Assembly (NCBI GenBank): GCA_965223325.1
Contig: CBDCWI010000002.1
Location: forward strand, 2,304,001 to 2,368,000
DNA from: Candidatus Multivoradales bacterium
GTDB taxonomy: Bacteria > Acidobacteriota > Thermoanaerobaculia > Multivoradales > Multivoraceae
DNA length: 64,000 nucleotides
Reading direction: 5' to 3'
Shown: in pieces, positions 10,600-19,792 of the stretch
Layout: each line of letters begins with the position of its first letter
How positions within the stretch are numbered: the stretch's first letter is position 1
Translations under genes and position numbers: made by a program
Notes under the pieces: generated by a model
What the model saw: the letters and a program-made list of their open reading frames with translations, nothing else
Databases searched by the model: none
Told to the model about the DNA's origin: nothing

Positions 10600-11664
10600 T
10601 CAGTTGACTGGCGCACCCGGCGTGCGGGTGATCTTGACCTCGAGCATGCGCTCGACCGCCCGGCGCGCACGCTCGGCGACGTCTTCCGGAACCGTGACCT
10701 CGTGGGTCATGTTCTGGAGCGAAGCCAGGATCTTCGGCAAGGTGATGCGCTTCATGTGCGGGCACAGGTTGCAGGGGCGCACGAACTCGGTCTTCGGGTT
10801 GGCGACCGCGACGTTGTCGCTCATCGAGCACTCGGTGATCATCACCACGCGCTCCGGCGCCTTGTCAGCGACCCAACCACTCATCGCCGAGGTCGAGCCC
10901 ACGAAGTCCGACGCGTTGCAGACTTCGGGCGGACACTCCGGATGCGCCAGAACCACCACCCCCGGGTAGCGCTCGCGCGCATCCTCGATGTCACGCGCGG
11001 TGAAGCGCTCGTGAACCTCGCAATGACCCTTCCAGAGAATCAACTCGACGTCGGTCTGGGTCGCAACCCAGTTGCCGAGGTACTCGTCGGGCAGAAAGAT
11101 CACCCGGTCGACACCCAGCGACTCAACCACGTCGACCGCGTTGCCCGAAGTGCAGCACACGTCAGACTCGGCCTTCACCTCGGCCGAGGTGTTGACGTAG
11201 GTCACCACCGGCACGCCCGGGTAACGCTCCTTGAGCAGCCGAATGTCGGCACCAGTGATCGAGTCAGCCAGCGAACACCCGGCACGCATGTCCGGTATGA
11301 GCACCGTCTTCGACGGATTGAGGAGCTTCGCAGTCTCGGCCATGAAGTGCACCCCACAAAGAACGATCACCGAAGCGTCGGTCTCGGCCGCCAACCGCGC
11401 CAGGGCCAGCGAGTCGCCCGAAAGATCGGCCACCCCATGGAAGATCTCGGGCGTCTGGTAGTTGTGCGCCAGGATCACCGCGTCGCGCTCCTTCTTGAGC
11501 TTGTTGATCGCATCGATATAGGGCGCATGCACCGCCCACTCGATCTCCGGAATCACGTCCCGTACACGCTCCCAGGCATCCGCGGTGGCAAGTGCCACCT
11601 CCGGCGTATAGAGCAGGACGGAGTTCTCGGCTGCTTTGTTGGAATCGGAAGCTCTGGCGGTCAT
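10600..11664 (-). CDS. nadA: Quinolinate synthase
   Basis: [30 protein letters not shown] and CPHMK motifs. Confidence 0.97.
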   Translation of the reverse strand: MTARASDSNKAAENSVLLYTPEVALATADAWERVRDVIPEIEWAVHAPYIDAINKLKKERDAVILAHNYQTPEIFHGVADLSGDSLALARLAAETDASVIVLCGVHFMAETAKLLNPSKTVLIPDMRAGCSLADSITGADIRLLKERYPGVPVVTYVNTSAEVKAESDVCCTSGNAVDVVESLGVDRVIFLPDEYLGNWVATQTDVELILWKGHCEVHERFTARDIEDARERYPGVVVLAHPECPPEVCNASDFVGSTSAMSGWVADKAPERVVMITECSMSDNVAVANPKTEFVRPCNLCPHMKRITLPKILASLQNMTHEVTVPEDVAERARRAVERMLEVKITRTPGAPVN

Positions 11665-11700
11665 CGGGTGAGGTCTCCTGAACTCGCAGTCTGCGAAATA

Positions 11701-11721
11701 TTATGCTCGATCTGAGCATAA
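11701..11721. promoter_or_regulatory. NadQ-type operator box 1
   Basis: Palindrome TTATGCTC-GATCT-GAGCATAA upstream of nadA; matches the published NadQ consensus ttATRCTCnnnnnGAGYATaa. Confidence 0.85.
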
Positions 11722-11765
11722 AGATCGGTCAAGAACAGCCGATTCCTAGGAGAATCGGCCAGCTT

Positions 11766-11786
11766 TTATGCTCGATATGAGTATAA
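11766..11786. promoter_or_regulatory. NadQ-type operator box 2
   Basis: TTATGCTC-GATAT-GAGTATAA; overlaps the predicted -10 element of the nadA promoter. Confidence 0.85.
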
Positions 11787-11809
11787 GGTCCTGAGAACAC
11801 TCTTGTCAA
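11780..11809 (-). promoter_or_regulatory. Sigma70-type promoter of nadABC
   Basis: Minus strand TTGACA-N18-TATACT. Confidence 0.65.
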
Positions 11810-11865
11810 GAACTTTCGTGGGCTCCTTCCTGGGCGACTCGAACTGGGAGTCTGTCGAACAGAGG

Positions 11866-11895
11866 TTGACAGTGGGCACGCAGAAGTACATACTT
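11866..11895 (+). promoter_or_regulatory. Sigma70-type promoter of vapBC with overlapping palindrome
   Basis: TTGACA-N17-CATACT ending 6 nt before the ATG; palindrome AAGTA-CA-TACTT over the -10. Confidence 0.6.
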
Positions 11896-11900
11896 TTCGT

Positions 11901-12161
11901 ATGAAACGTACGTCTCTTACGATTGACGAGCAGCTGCTGCAGGAGGCCCAGCGCTTGAGTGGCGAACGCAGCTACTCTAAAACCGTCGACCGGGCTCTGC
12001 ACGATTTCGTCAAGCGCATCAAGGCCCGCAGGATCCTCGAGCTGCGTGGCAGAGACCTATGGCGAGGCAGCCTCGATGAGATGCGCGGTGATCAGCCGGG
12101 CCGGGCCACAGGACCGGTCGCGGCAGTTCGGCAAGACGAAGTCGCAGAAGGCGATCCGTGA
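11901..12161 (+). CDS. vapB: Type II TA antitoxin, VapB family (RHH-like)
   Basis: MKRTSLTIDEQLL..A pattern and W.G.LDEMR tail; overlaps the PIN gene (GTGA). Confidence 0.85.
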   Translation: MKRTSLTIDEQLLQEAQRLSGERSYSKTVDRALHDFVKRIKARRILELRGRDLWRGSLDEMRGDQPGRATGPVAAVRQDEVAEGDP

Positions 12162-12547
12162 TCCTCGTCGATACCTCGGTCTGGATCGAGTTCTTCAACA
12201 GTTCGAGCGACCTCGACCTGGAAGCTGCCATCGACTTCGATGACATCGTGACCTGTCTGCCGGTTGTCCAGGAGATCCTGCAGGGCTTCGACAATGAGCG
12301 CGCCTATCGCCTGGCCCAGGAGGCACTGGCGAGCTTCCCGATCGTCGAGTCCCCACTCTCTCTGGAGGTCTTCCACGAGGCCGTTGACCTCTACCGCTCC
12401 GCCCGGCGCAGTGGCCACACGATCCGGTCGAGCGTCGACTGCCTGATCGCCGCCTGCGCAAGACGTAACGCGCTCACGATTCTTCACCGCGACCGTGACT
12501 TCGATGCCCTCGCACAGATCGCGCCGCTCGAAGTCGTCCGGATCTAG
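12158..12547 (+). CDS. vapC: Type II TA toxin, PIN-domain VapC
   Basis: MILVDTSVWI, QEILQG, SSVDCLIAA and LHRDRDF motifs. Confidence 0.92.
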   Translation: MILVDTSVWIEFFNSSSDLDLEAAIDFDDIVTCLPVVQEILQGFDNERAYRLAQEALASFPIVESPLSLEVFHEAVDLYRSARRSGHTIRSSVDCLIAACARRNALTILHRDRDFDALAQIAPLEVVRI

Positions 12548-12567
12548 GACGGCCCCTGCCAGACAGC

Positions 12568-12608
12568 GAAAACGGCGCCCCGGGTTCTCACCGTGAGCGC
12601 CGTCTCGC
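12568..12608. terminator. Hairpin between convergent vapC and the DsbA-like gene, possible terminator
   Basis: ACGGCGC...GCGCCGT stem with extensions; weak U-tract on the minus strand. Confidence 0.4.
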
Positions 12609-12626
12609 CTTTCTCGGGGTGAGCCT

Positions 12627-13469
12627 CTAGTCGGAAGTCTCCAGCGCGTTGTCGAGCGCTGCTTTGAACTCGTTGAACGCCTTCGCGCCACGCAGGAATG
12701 TCACGCCAGTGACCTTGGTGGGATCATTCGGGTCGGTTCTGGCCACCACGAAGCTCGGCGTTCCGCTGGCGCCGACCTTCTGCGCCTGCACCATGTCATT
12801 GCGAACCGACTTGGCGTAGGTCTCGGCTTCCATGCACTGCTCGAACTCGGCAACGTCGAGACCGAGCGTTTCGGCGTGCGCATTGATGGGCTCGATCTTC
12901 TTCTGGTTGGCAAACAGCAGATCGTGCATCTCCCAGTACTTGCCCTGGTCGTTGGCACAGTGCGTCGCTTCAGCGGCCGTAAAGGCGTCTTTATGAATCG
13001 ATTCCAGCGGTAGATCGAGAAGGGCGTAGCGGATCTTGCCGGTGTCGACGTACTCCTTCTGGATCTGCGGCAGGGTGTTCTGGGTGTAGCGGGCGCAGAA
13101 CGGGCACTGATAGTCGGTGAACTCGACCAGGGTGACCTTCGCGTCCTCGTTGCCCTTTAAAACGTTGTTGCCAAGGTCGATCGTCATGCCTGCAACCGAC
13201 GGGCCGGTTGGGCGCGCGGGTGCTGCCGCGGCGGGCCGGGCAGCGAGCTGCTTGGAGATCTCCTCGAGCTGCTTGCGAATCTCGGCCTGGCCGGCCTGTA
13301 GAGCATCGATCCGGCGTTCAAGGTCGATCTCGCTACGAATCGCGTCCTGCCCCGCCTTCAAGGCCTCGATCTCACGACGGAGTTCCTCCTGGTCCTTCTG
13401 GGCCGCGAGCGGGGCGACGAAAAGGGCACCGAGACTGACGGCGACCAGAATGCGTTTGGTGTGCTTCAT
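12627..13469 (-). CDS. Secreted DsbA/thioredoxin_4 family protein with N-terminal coiled coil
   Basis: Signal peptide, coiled-coil segment, EFTDYQCPFC, QGKYWEMHDLLF and SGTPSF (cis-Pro) motifs; AAGGAG RBS. Confidence 0.88.
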   Translation of the reverse strand: MKHTKRILVAVSLGALFVAPLAAQKDQEELRREIEALKAGQDAIRSEIDLERRIDALQAGQAEIRKQLEEISKQLAARPAAAAPARPTGPSVAGMTIDLGNNVLKGNEDAKVTLVEFTDYQCPFCARYTQNTLPQIQKEYVDTGKIRYALLDLPLESIHKDAFTAAEATHCANDQGKYWEMHDLLFANQKKIEPINAHAETLGLDVAEFEQCMEAETYAKSVRNDMVQAQKVGASGTPSFVVARTDPNDPTKVTGVTFLRGAKAFNEFKAALDNALETSD

Positions 13470-13671
13470 CGTTTCTATCTCCTTTGAAAACTCTTGCCTC
13501 GCGCGATTCGATGCGGAGGCTCGACTCTGAACTTGACGGTGCGGTGTTTCTTTTCGGTACCGCTTGGGCAAACAACACGGCCCGCCGGACGAGGAGGGTT
13601 CCCTGAATCAGGGCTTCAATGAAGAGTCGACGTTTCCGCGGAAACGTCTTCGGCGGTTTGGCCAAAAAAAC

Positions 13672-13687
13672 AGCAATCCCCGTGCCA
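13672..13687 (-). promoter_or_regulatory. Sigma54 (-24/-12) promoter
   Basis: Minus strand TGGCACGGGGATTGCT, an exact match to TGGCACG-N4-TTGCW, pointing at the DsbA-like gene. Confidence 0.75.
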
Positions 13688-13760
13688 TGGAACGAAGCTT
13701 CACAGCGGCATAGGAATGTTGAGAAGAACCTATCTTACGCACCCGGTTCTCCGCCGGCAG

Positions 13761-16169
13761 TCACGGTTCATAACTCCACCCGTCCACCATCAAGCCGTTG
13801 TTTTTCGAGTAGCCCACCTGGCGCAAGGTAATGAGTCCTTGTGCATCGCGCACCAGGGTGGTTGGCGTGCCACTAACCTGATAGGCGATCTGGCTCTGGC
13901 GCAGTGGATCGACCGCGACGACGGAGAAGAAGGCCTCGTCCCAGCCGTCGAGGAAGCTCGAAACCTTCTCGGAGCTCTCATCGCTGATCGCCACCACCGG
14001 TAGGCCGCGACTCTCAGCAAACGCCAGGACCTCAGGCACCGCCGCCTTGCAGGGGCCACACCACGTCGCCCAGAAGAAGAGCACCGCGGGCTCCGAGGCG
14101 GCGGGCGCATCGCCACGAACCAGCTTCAGATTGTCAGGCAGCCGCGGCGCCGCCTCCCCCACCGTCGGCGGGCCAGTGAGCTCCGGCCACACGCGCGGGT
14201 ACGGCTCGAGTTCGAGATGGGCCAGGAAACGCTCGTCGCGATCGAGCGAGGAACCCAGCCTGACCACCTCGATCGGCAGCGGAACGCCCTGCGCCGAGAC
14301 CATCGTCCACTCTTTGAGCTGGCGCTGGGTCTCGAACAGGCGACCGGGCGGCCCGAGAAGAACGTCACCTGGCTCGAAGCCGGCGCGCTCGGCTGGAGAG
14401 TCGGGGTAGATGACGTCGAGTAGGGTCGCGCCTTCGGGAAGGTGGCGCGCTGCCCGCACATCGGGCGAAAGCGGCCTGAAACGCACGCCGAGCCAGGACG
14501 GCTGCAGTTCCTTCGCCAACAGCAAGTCCTCTTCGAGACCAGGGAAGGCATTGGTCACCCGCACAGGCGGCTCGTCCATCGCGTTGCCAAGGCCAATCTC
14601 GAGGCTTTCGCACTCCTTGAGCGCCGCCAGCGCCGCCTGCTTGGCTTCCAAATCAGGCGCTTCCATCAACGTCCTGCCGGCAATCGACACGAGGATGTTG
14701 CGCATCCGCTGGAGCACCGCCATGCGCACCTCGAGCCGGTACTCAGCCTCATCACCCTCGAGGGCGTTCTGCTCGAGGCGCTCCAGACGCTCGCGCAAGG
14801 AGCGCCGGTAGTAAACATAGTCACTGGTGTGATCGAGCACCTGCTCGAGCAGCCACGCACGACTGGTCGCGTCCAGATTGCTGAGCGCATTCTTCGACAG
14901 GCGCTTCTCGAGCTCGGGATGTTCTTCCGCAACCGCCCGCAGGATTCCTTCCTTGAGGTCAACCAGCGTTTCATTCCAACGCTTAGTGTAGGTCGCAATC
15001 TCCTCGCGCAAGGCCTCCAGATCCGCCACATAGCCCGCCATCTCAGCCAGGCTGCGCGGGCTGAAGGTGCCATAGGCATCGCCCAGCCGATCGAGGAGAC
15101 GGATCTCGGGCTCCCAGCGCGCCCGGTCGCGCCACGCCTCCTCGAGGAGCAAGTCGGCGAAGGCGTCGAGCTCGAGATTCGCGGCAGTCGCAGCAGCCTC
15201 GAGCGTGCGCAGGAGGTAGAGGTCGCTGGTGGCCAGGGGGATATCAGGCGTCGCGTCGGTTTCGATCACCTGCCAATGCGCCTCTGCCGTCGTCTCGACG
15301 CGGTCGAGCGCTTCGATGAACCGAAAGGCATGGCCGATGCGATCTCGATCGCGACCTTCCGGGTAACAACCGTAGGCCCGTCGATCACGGGTGGTCGAAA
15401 AGAAGCCGCACACCGAGCCGTCGGGCTCTGAGCCATCGGGGTCGAAGATCAGTTCCGCGAAAGAGCCGGAGTAGCACTGCGACATGACCATCGTGGTGCT
15501 GGTGGTCTCGGGCAGGAGGCCAAGCATTGAGCGCAGCTCTTCGACCGAGAGCTTCTCTTTCCACATTGAGATGTGGTTGTTGGCGGGGTCTTCCTTGTTG
15601 AGGGTGCCGTGGTCGGTGACGAAGAGGAAGAGTTTCTGGCCCTGTCCCTCTGAACCCTGAAACCTGGTGAACTCGCCCTCGAGGGCCGAGATAGTGGCCT
15701 CTTCAAAGCTTGGACCGCGCCACGTCGTATCAATCAACTCGGTCTGTGGGCGCAGGCGCTTACCGGCTCGTGTGCCTTCGATCAACCGGTAGCGATCGGG
15801 TTTTGGATCGCGCCGGGCCAGGTCCTTACCGGGGTCCTTGCCGTCGGCAGAGAGAATCGAGATGGTGTGGTTCGGGAAACCCGCAGCCAGCAAGTGCCTC
15901 GTCAGGTCTTCGAGGTGGTTCAGATGAGAAAGATAGTTCGAAGTGGGATTGTGGCCGCCGTTGAGGAGGATGGCGTTCGTGATCTTCGCTTCGGCCGTCG
16001 CGTCGTTGGTTCCGGTCGGATAGGAAGCGGTCGAGCCTTCAAAATGAGCCGGTTCCTCTGCCATTGCCTTCGCCGCAGTCGAAGCGGCAAGGAGAGGAAG
16101 CAAAGCCAGGACGGCCGCCACCCGACGAGAGAAGCGTCCCACGGAGATCGCAAGAAATCCTCGAGGCAT
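13761..16169 (-). CDS. Secreted multidomain protein: clan CD (C13/legumain-like) peptidase, helical region, PDZ, TlpA-like thioredoxin
   Basis: FLFVTDHG and MVMSQCYSGSF His-Cys dyad; PDZ (WLGVRF...SPAERAGFEPGDVL); FWATWCGPC and SGTPT. Start codon uncertain. Confidence 0.75.
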   Translation of the reverse strand: MPRGFLAISVGRFSRRVAAVLALLPLLAASTAAKAMAEEPAHFEGSTASYPTGTNDATAEAKITNAILLNGGHNPTSNYLSHLNHLEDLTRHLLAAGFPNHTISILSADGKDPGKDLARRDPKPDRYRLIEGTRAGKRLRPQTELIDTTWRGPSFEEATISALEGEFTRFQGSEGQGQKLFLFVTDHGTLNKEDPANNHISMWKEKLSVEELRSMLGLLPETTSTTMVMSQCYSGSFAELIFDPDGSEPDGSVCGFFSTTRDRRAYGCYPEGRDRDRIGHAFRFIEALDRVETTAEAHWQVIETDATPDIPLATSDLYLLRTLEAAATAANLELDAFADLLLEEAWRDRARWEPEIRLLDRLGDAYGTFSPRSLAEMAGYVADLEALREEIATYTKRWNETLVDLKEGILRAVAEEHPELEKRLSKNALSNLDATSRAWLLEQVLDHTSDYVYYRRSLRERLERLEQNALEGDEAEYRLEVRMAVLQRMRNILVSIAGRTLMEAPDLEAKQAALAALKECESLEIGLGNAMDEPPVRVTNAFPGLEEDLLLAKELQPSWLGVRFRPLSPDVRAARHLPEGATLLDVIYPDSPAERAGFEPGDVLLGPPGRLFETQRQLKEWTMVSAQGVPLPIEVVRLGSSLDRDERFLAHLELEPYPRVWPELTGPPTVGEAAPRLPDNLKLVRGDAPAASEPAVLFFWATWCGPCKAAVPEVLAFAESRGLPVVAISDESSEKVSSFLDGWDEAFFSVVAVDPLRQSQIAYQVSGTPTTLVRDAQGLITLRQVGYSKNNGLMVDGWSYEP

Positions 16170-16292
16170 CAGGACTCCAACCGTTCGGCTGACAGAGAAA
16201 GCGCGTCGGAGCGAGTAAGCCCTCGATCCGACCGCTGCCACTACACCATAGGCGAAGCCTATGTCGGCCATAGCACCTCTTAGAAGGTCAAA

Positions 16293-16314
16293 GGAGGGCG
16301 CCGAAGCGCCCTCC
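16293..16314 (-). terminator. Intrinsic terminator after the Cys-rich gene
   Basis: GGAGGGCG-cttcgg-CGCCCTCC followed by a short TTT on the minus strand. Confidence 0.55.
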
Positions 16315-16360
16315 TCCGCCATGAACCCATACGGGTCTTCATTTCAGGTTGCCGATACCG

Positions 16361-19300
16361 CTAGGGAGAAACGCAGCTGAAGAGGTCGTCGGCCTGTGCG
16401 GCGCCCTTGCTCCCCTTCTTCTTCGGCGGCCTTCGCGCCTCCTCGCACATGCTCGGATCTGCTGAGGTGTTGCCCAGCGCCAGGTAGGACTGCTCGAGCT
16501 CCCAGGAGTGGCAGTTGAGGGGTGTGGCAACACACTCGTTCTCGGCCCAGGGACAGGCTTCGGTGGAGCAGTCCGCGCCCGAGGCCGAACAGGTCATTGT
16601 CACACCGTCGTCCTGCAACTCACACTCATCGACATCGCAACTCGGCGCGTCTGCACCACACTCCTGGTCTGGGACGGCAGAGCACGTGCCGGTATAGCAG
16701 TAGCCCTCCATCTCGCCGGTGTAGACAAACGTTCCGCCGTTGTTGTAGCAGTCGACCTGCGCCGAGCACCACACCTGTTCGTCTCGAAGGTCGTCGGTAT
16801 CGTCGCAGGCCAGGTTGCACATTTCGAACAAGGCCTCGACGCTCGAACCGTCGCAGACCAGATCGTTCTGTGCATCCGGAAGGCCATCTCCGTCGATGTC
16901 ATCGAGAGTGTCGTCGCCGTCACCGTAGCCGCTGACCACACAGTTGGCTGCCATCGTAATCAGGTCACGCGCCAGCTTGTTCCGCTTGTCCTTGCCGCTG
17001 TCAATGCAGATGCCCTCGATCGCACAGGTATCGACGGGGGGCGTGGCTGACGGCGGATTGATGCTGACTCCACAGACCTGGAACTGCGTCGCAAGTCCAA
17101 GGCCCGGATCGAGCGCCGCACCGATCACGAGCGCCAGGTTGTCTGGATGAGTGCCCCAGTAGCCAGGCGTTCGACAGACCTCGACCAGGCACATGTCGCC
17201 GTCGGGCTCTTCGACGTTTGAACAACCCGTCACCGAGTCACATGTGTCGGTAGTGCACTCGTTGCCGTCACTGCAGTCGACCGGCGGACCCTCGCAGACA
17301 CCGTTGACACAGAAGTCGCCGCCGCCCGCGCGATCACCGGTACAGGCGTCGTCGTCATCGCATGAGATTGGTGGGTCGTCGGGAACGTTCGCATTGACGC
17401 ATTCGCCCGTGTCCTTCTCGCACGAGTCGTTCGTACATAGGTTGTCGTCGTCACAGTCCTTCGACGAGTCGTTGACGCAAGCTCCGTCGGCATCGCACAC
17501 ATCGAGGGTACAGAGATCGTCATCCTCGTTGCACGGAGTATCGACCGGTTCGTTGTTCGGCTGGCATTCGCCGGTGGCGTCGCACGTGTCGGGGTTCGTA
17601 CACTCATTGTTGGTGCCTGAACCACACGCCGTGCCGGCTGGCTTCGGACCGCCACCGCCGCAGGCACCGGCAGTGCAAACCTGACCGTCGTTGCACTCAT
17701 CGCCAGAGTCCCCACACGACGTATCGTCGGGAGCATCGTTCGGCTGGCATACGCCTGAGGCGTCGCAGGTGTCGGGGTTCGTGCACTCGTCGTTGGTGTC
17801 CGAGCCACACGCAGTGCCGGCCGGCTTCGGACCGCCACCGCCGCAAGCACCGGCAGTGCAAACCTGACCGTCGTTGCACTCATCGCCAGAGTCCCCACAC
17901 GACGTATCGTCGGGAGCATCGTTCGGCTGGCATACCCCTGAGGCGTCGCAGGTGTCGGGGTTCGTGCACTCGTCGTTGGTGTCCGAGCCACACGCAGTGC
18001 CGGCCGGCTTCGGACCGCCACCGCCGCAAGCACCGGCAGTGCAAACCTGACCGTCGTTGCACTCATCGCCAGAGTCCCCACACGACGTATCGTCGGGAGC
18101 ATCGTTCGGCTGGCATACCCCTGAGGCGTCGCACGTATCGGGGTTCGTGCACTCGTCGTTGGTGTCCGAGCCACACGTCGTGCCGGCTGGCTTCGGACCG
18201 CCACCGCCGCAAGCACCGGCAGTGCAGAACTGACCATCGTTGCACTCATCGCCAGAGTCCCCACACGACGTATCGTCGGGAGCGTTGTTCGGCTGGCATA
18301 CCCCTGAGGCGTCGCACGTGTCGGGATTCGTGCATTCGTCGTTGGTGTCCGAGCCACACGTCGTGCCGGCTGGCTTCGGACCGCCACCGCCGCAAGCACC
18401 GGCAGTGCAGAACTGACCATCGTTGCACTCATCGCCAGAGTCCCCACACGACGTATCGTCGGGAGCATCGTTCGGCTGGCATACGCCTGAGGCGTCGCAG
18501 GTGTCGGGGTTCGTGCACTCATTGTTGGTGTCCGAGCCACACGCCGTGCCGGCTGGCTTCGGACCGCCACCGCCGCAGGCACCGGCAGTGCAAACCTGAC
18601 CGTCGTTGCATTCATCGCCAGAGTCCCCACACGACGTATCGTCGGGAGCGTTGTTCGGCTGGCATGCGCCTGCTCCGTCACAGGTGTCAGGATTCGTGCA
18701 CTCGTCGTTGGTGTCCGAGCCACACATCGTGCCCGACGTCGCGAATCCGCCGTCGACACACGCACCGTTGAGACAGACGTCGGCAGGTACACAGACGTCG
18801 CTTCCGTCATCGCCGCAAATCATGGAGTCTGTGTCGCTGAAGTCAGGATCACCACATTCTCCTGCCCCATCGCAGTAGAGGTTTACGGCGCAAACACCGG
18901 TCCCGTCCGTACCACAGCCGCTAGTCGTTGGCTCGTGGTTGGGAACGCACATTCCTTCCCCGTCACAAGTGTCCGGATTGGTGCAGGCGTCGTCTGTATC
19001 GTCACCACACGCTACCCCCTCGCCCTTGTTGCTGATGTCGCAAACCGCAACCGACACGGTGTTGATTACGCAAGCACCAACCTCGCACTGGTTGGCCGTT
19101 GCAGCACAGGCTGCGTTGAAATCAGGATCGTCGCAGTCCTCAGCCGTGACGAGGCAATCTGAGCGGACCGACGGGTTCGATTCCGAGGGAAGCGTGCACA
19201 CGTCTTGGAATTCCGGTGTACCCGTAAAGTCAAGAAAGTCGACCCAGCAGAGCACTGTCGTGTCGGTGCCGACCGTCTCAGGGTCGCCGTCGTCGAACGG

Positions 19301-19792
19301 GCCTTCTGAAGAGTACGAGACCTCGCATATCGTCGCGGGGTCGTCAACAGGCACACCGCCTACGCAGCTAAGTGGCGCAGTGTTCTCGCACGTCAGGACT
19401 TCATACGAGAGTTCGTCAACCGGACCGTTCCCACCGGCGGAATTGATCAGAGTCACTTCGATCGCGTAGTTCGAGTTCCCATCGCCATCAGTGTCGTAGT
19501 AGATCTGAGCATCGAGAGTATTCGCCCCACTGACAGTCGTATCGTCGAAGTTGAAACTAACGTGCTCCTCGTAGGGATCATTGTCTCCAAGGTCGCGACA
19601 TAGGTAGGTGAGATCTTTCTGCCCCGCCTCGTCATCCGCACCCTGGAAATCGGCCGTACAGGTCGTAGGCGCGGGTTCTTCGGCCGCTACCAGTGAAGCG
19701 GCTCCGAAAACCCCGACAAGGCCCATGGCCAGAGTCATCAGACCCAGGTTCTTTGCGCCGAAGCGCCTTCTACAGTTCGCGATACTTCCCAT
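16361..19792 (-). CDS. Large secreted Cys/Asp-rich repeat protein (~1143 aa)
   Basis: AAGGAGG RBS, signal peptide, six near-identical 61-aa repeats with 8 Cys each, then CDDxxxCTxDxC (Dictyostelium/myxobacterial-like) repeats. Confidence 0.85.
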   Translation of the reverse strand: MGSIANCRRRFGAKNLGLMTLAMGLVGVFGAASLVAAEEPAPTTCTADFQGADDEAGQKDLTYLCRDLGDNDPYEEHVSFNFDDTTVSGANTLDAQIYYDTDGDGNSNYAIEVTLINSAGGNGPVDELSYEVLTCENTAPLSCVGGVPVDDPATICEVSYSSEGPFDDGDPETVGTDTTVLCWVDFLDFTGTPEFQDVCTLPSESNPSVRSDCLVTAEDCDDPDFNAACAATANQCEVGACVINTVSVAVCDISNKGEGVACGDDTDDACTNPDTCDGEGMCVPNHEPTTSGCGTDGTGVCAVNLYCDGAGECGDPDFSDTDSMICGDDGSDVCVPADVCLNGACVDGGFATSGTMCGSDTNDECTNPDTCDGAGACQPNNAPDDTSCGDSGDECNDGQVCTAGACGGGGPKPAGTACGSDTNNECTNPDTCDASGVCQPNDAPDDTSCGDSGDECNDGQFCTAGACGGGGPKPAGTTCGSDTNDECTNPDTCDASGVCQPNNAPDDTSCGDSGDECNDGQFCTAGACGGGGPKPAGTTCGSDTNDECTNPDTCDASGVCQPNDAPDDTSCGDSGDECNDGQVCTAGACGGGGPKPAGTACGSDTNDECTNPDTCDASGVCQPNDAPDDTSCGDSGDECNDGQVCTAGACGGGGPKPAGTACGSDTNDECTNPDTCDASGVCQPNDAPDDTSCGDSGDECNDGQVCTAGACGGGGPKPAGTACGSGTNNECTNPDTCDATGECQPNNEPVDTPCNEDDDLCTLDVCDADGACVNDSSKDCDDDNLCTNDSCEKDTGECVNANVPDDPPISCDDDDACTGDRAGGGDFCVNGVCEGPPVDCSDGNECTTDTCDSVTGCSNVEEPDGDMCLVEVCRTPGYWGTHPDNLALVIGAALDPGLGLATQFQVCGVSINPPSATPPVDTCAIEGICIDSGKDKRNKLARDLITMAANCVVSGYGDGDDTLDDIDGDGLPDAQNDLVCDGSSVEALFEMCNLACDDTDDLRDEQVWCSAQVDCYNNGGTFVYTGEMEGYCYTGTCSAVPDQECGADAPSCDVDECELQDDGVTMTCSASGADCSTEACPWAENECVATPLNCHSWELEQSYLALGNTSADPSMCEEARRPPKKKGSKGAAQADDLFSCVSP
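17552..18724 (-). repeat. 183-bp coding tandem repeat, 6 full copies plus a partial copy
   Basis: Unit encodes CGSDTNDECTNPDTCDASGVCQPNDAPDDTSCGDSGDECNDGQVCTAGACGGGGPKPAGTA; copies are near-identical in DNA. Confidence 0.95.

Noticed and set aside
17230-18810. 526-aa and repeated 60-aa alternative-frame ORFs
   Set aside because: They are by-products of the 183-bp tandem repeat read in other frames.
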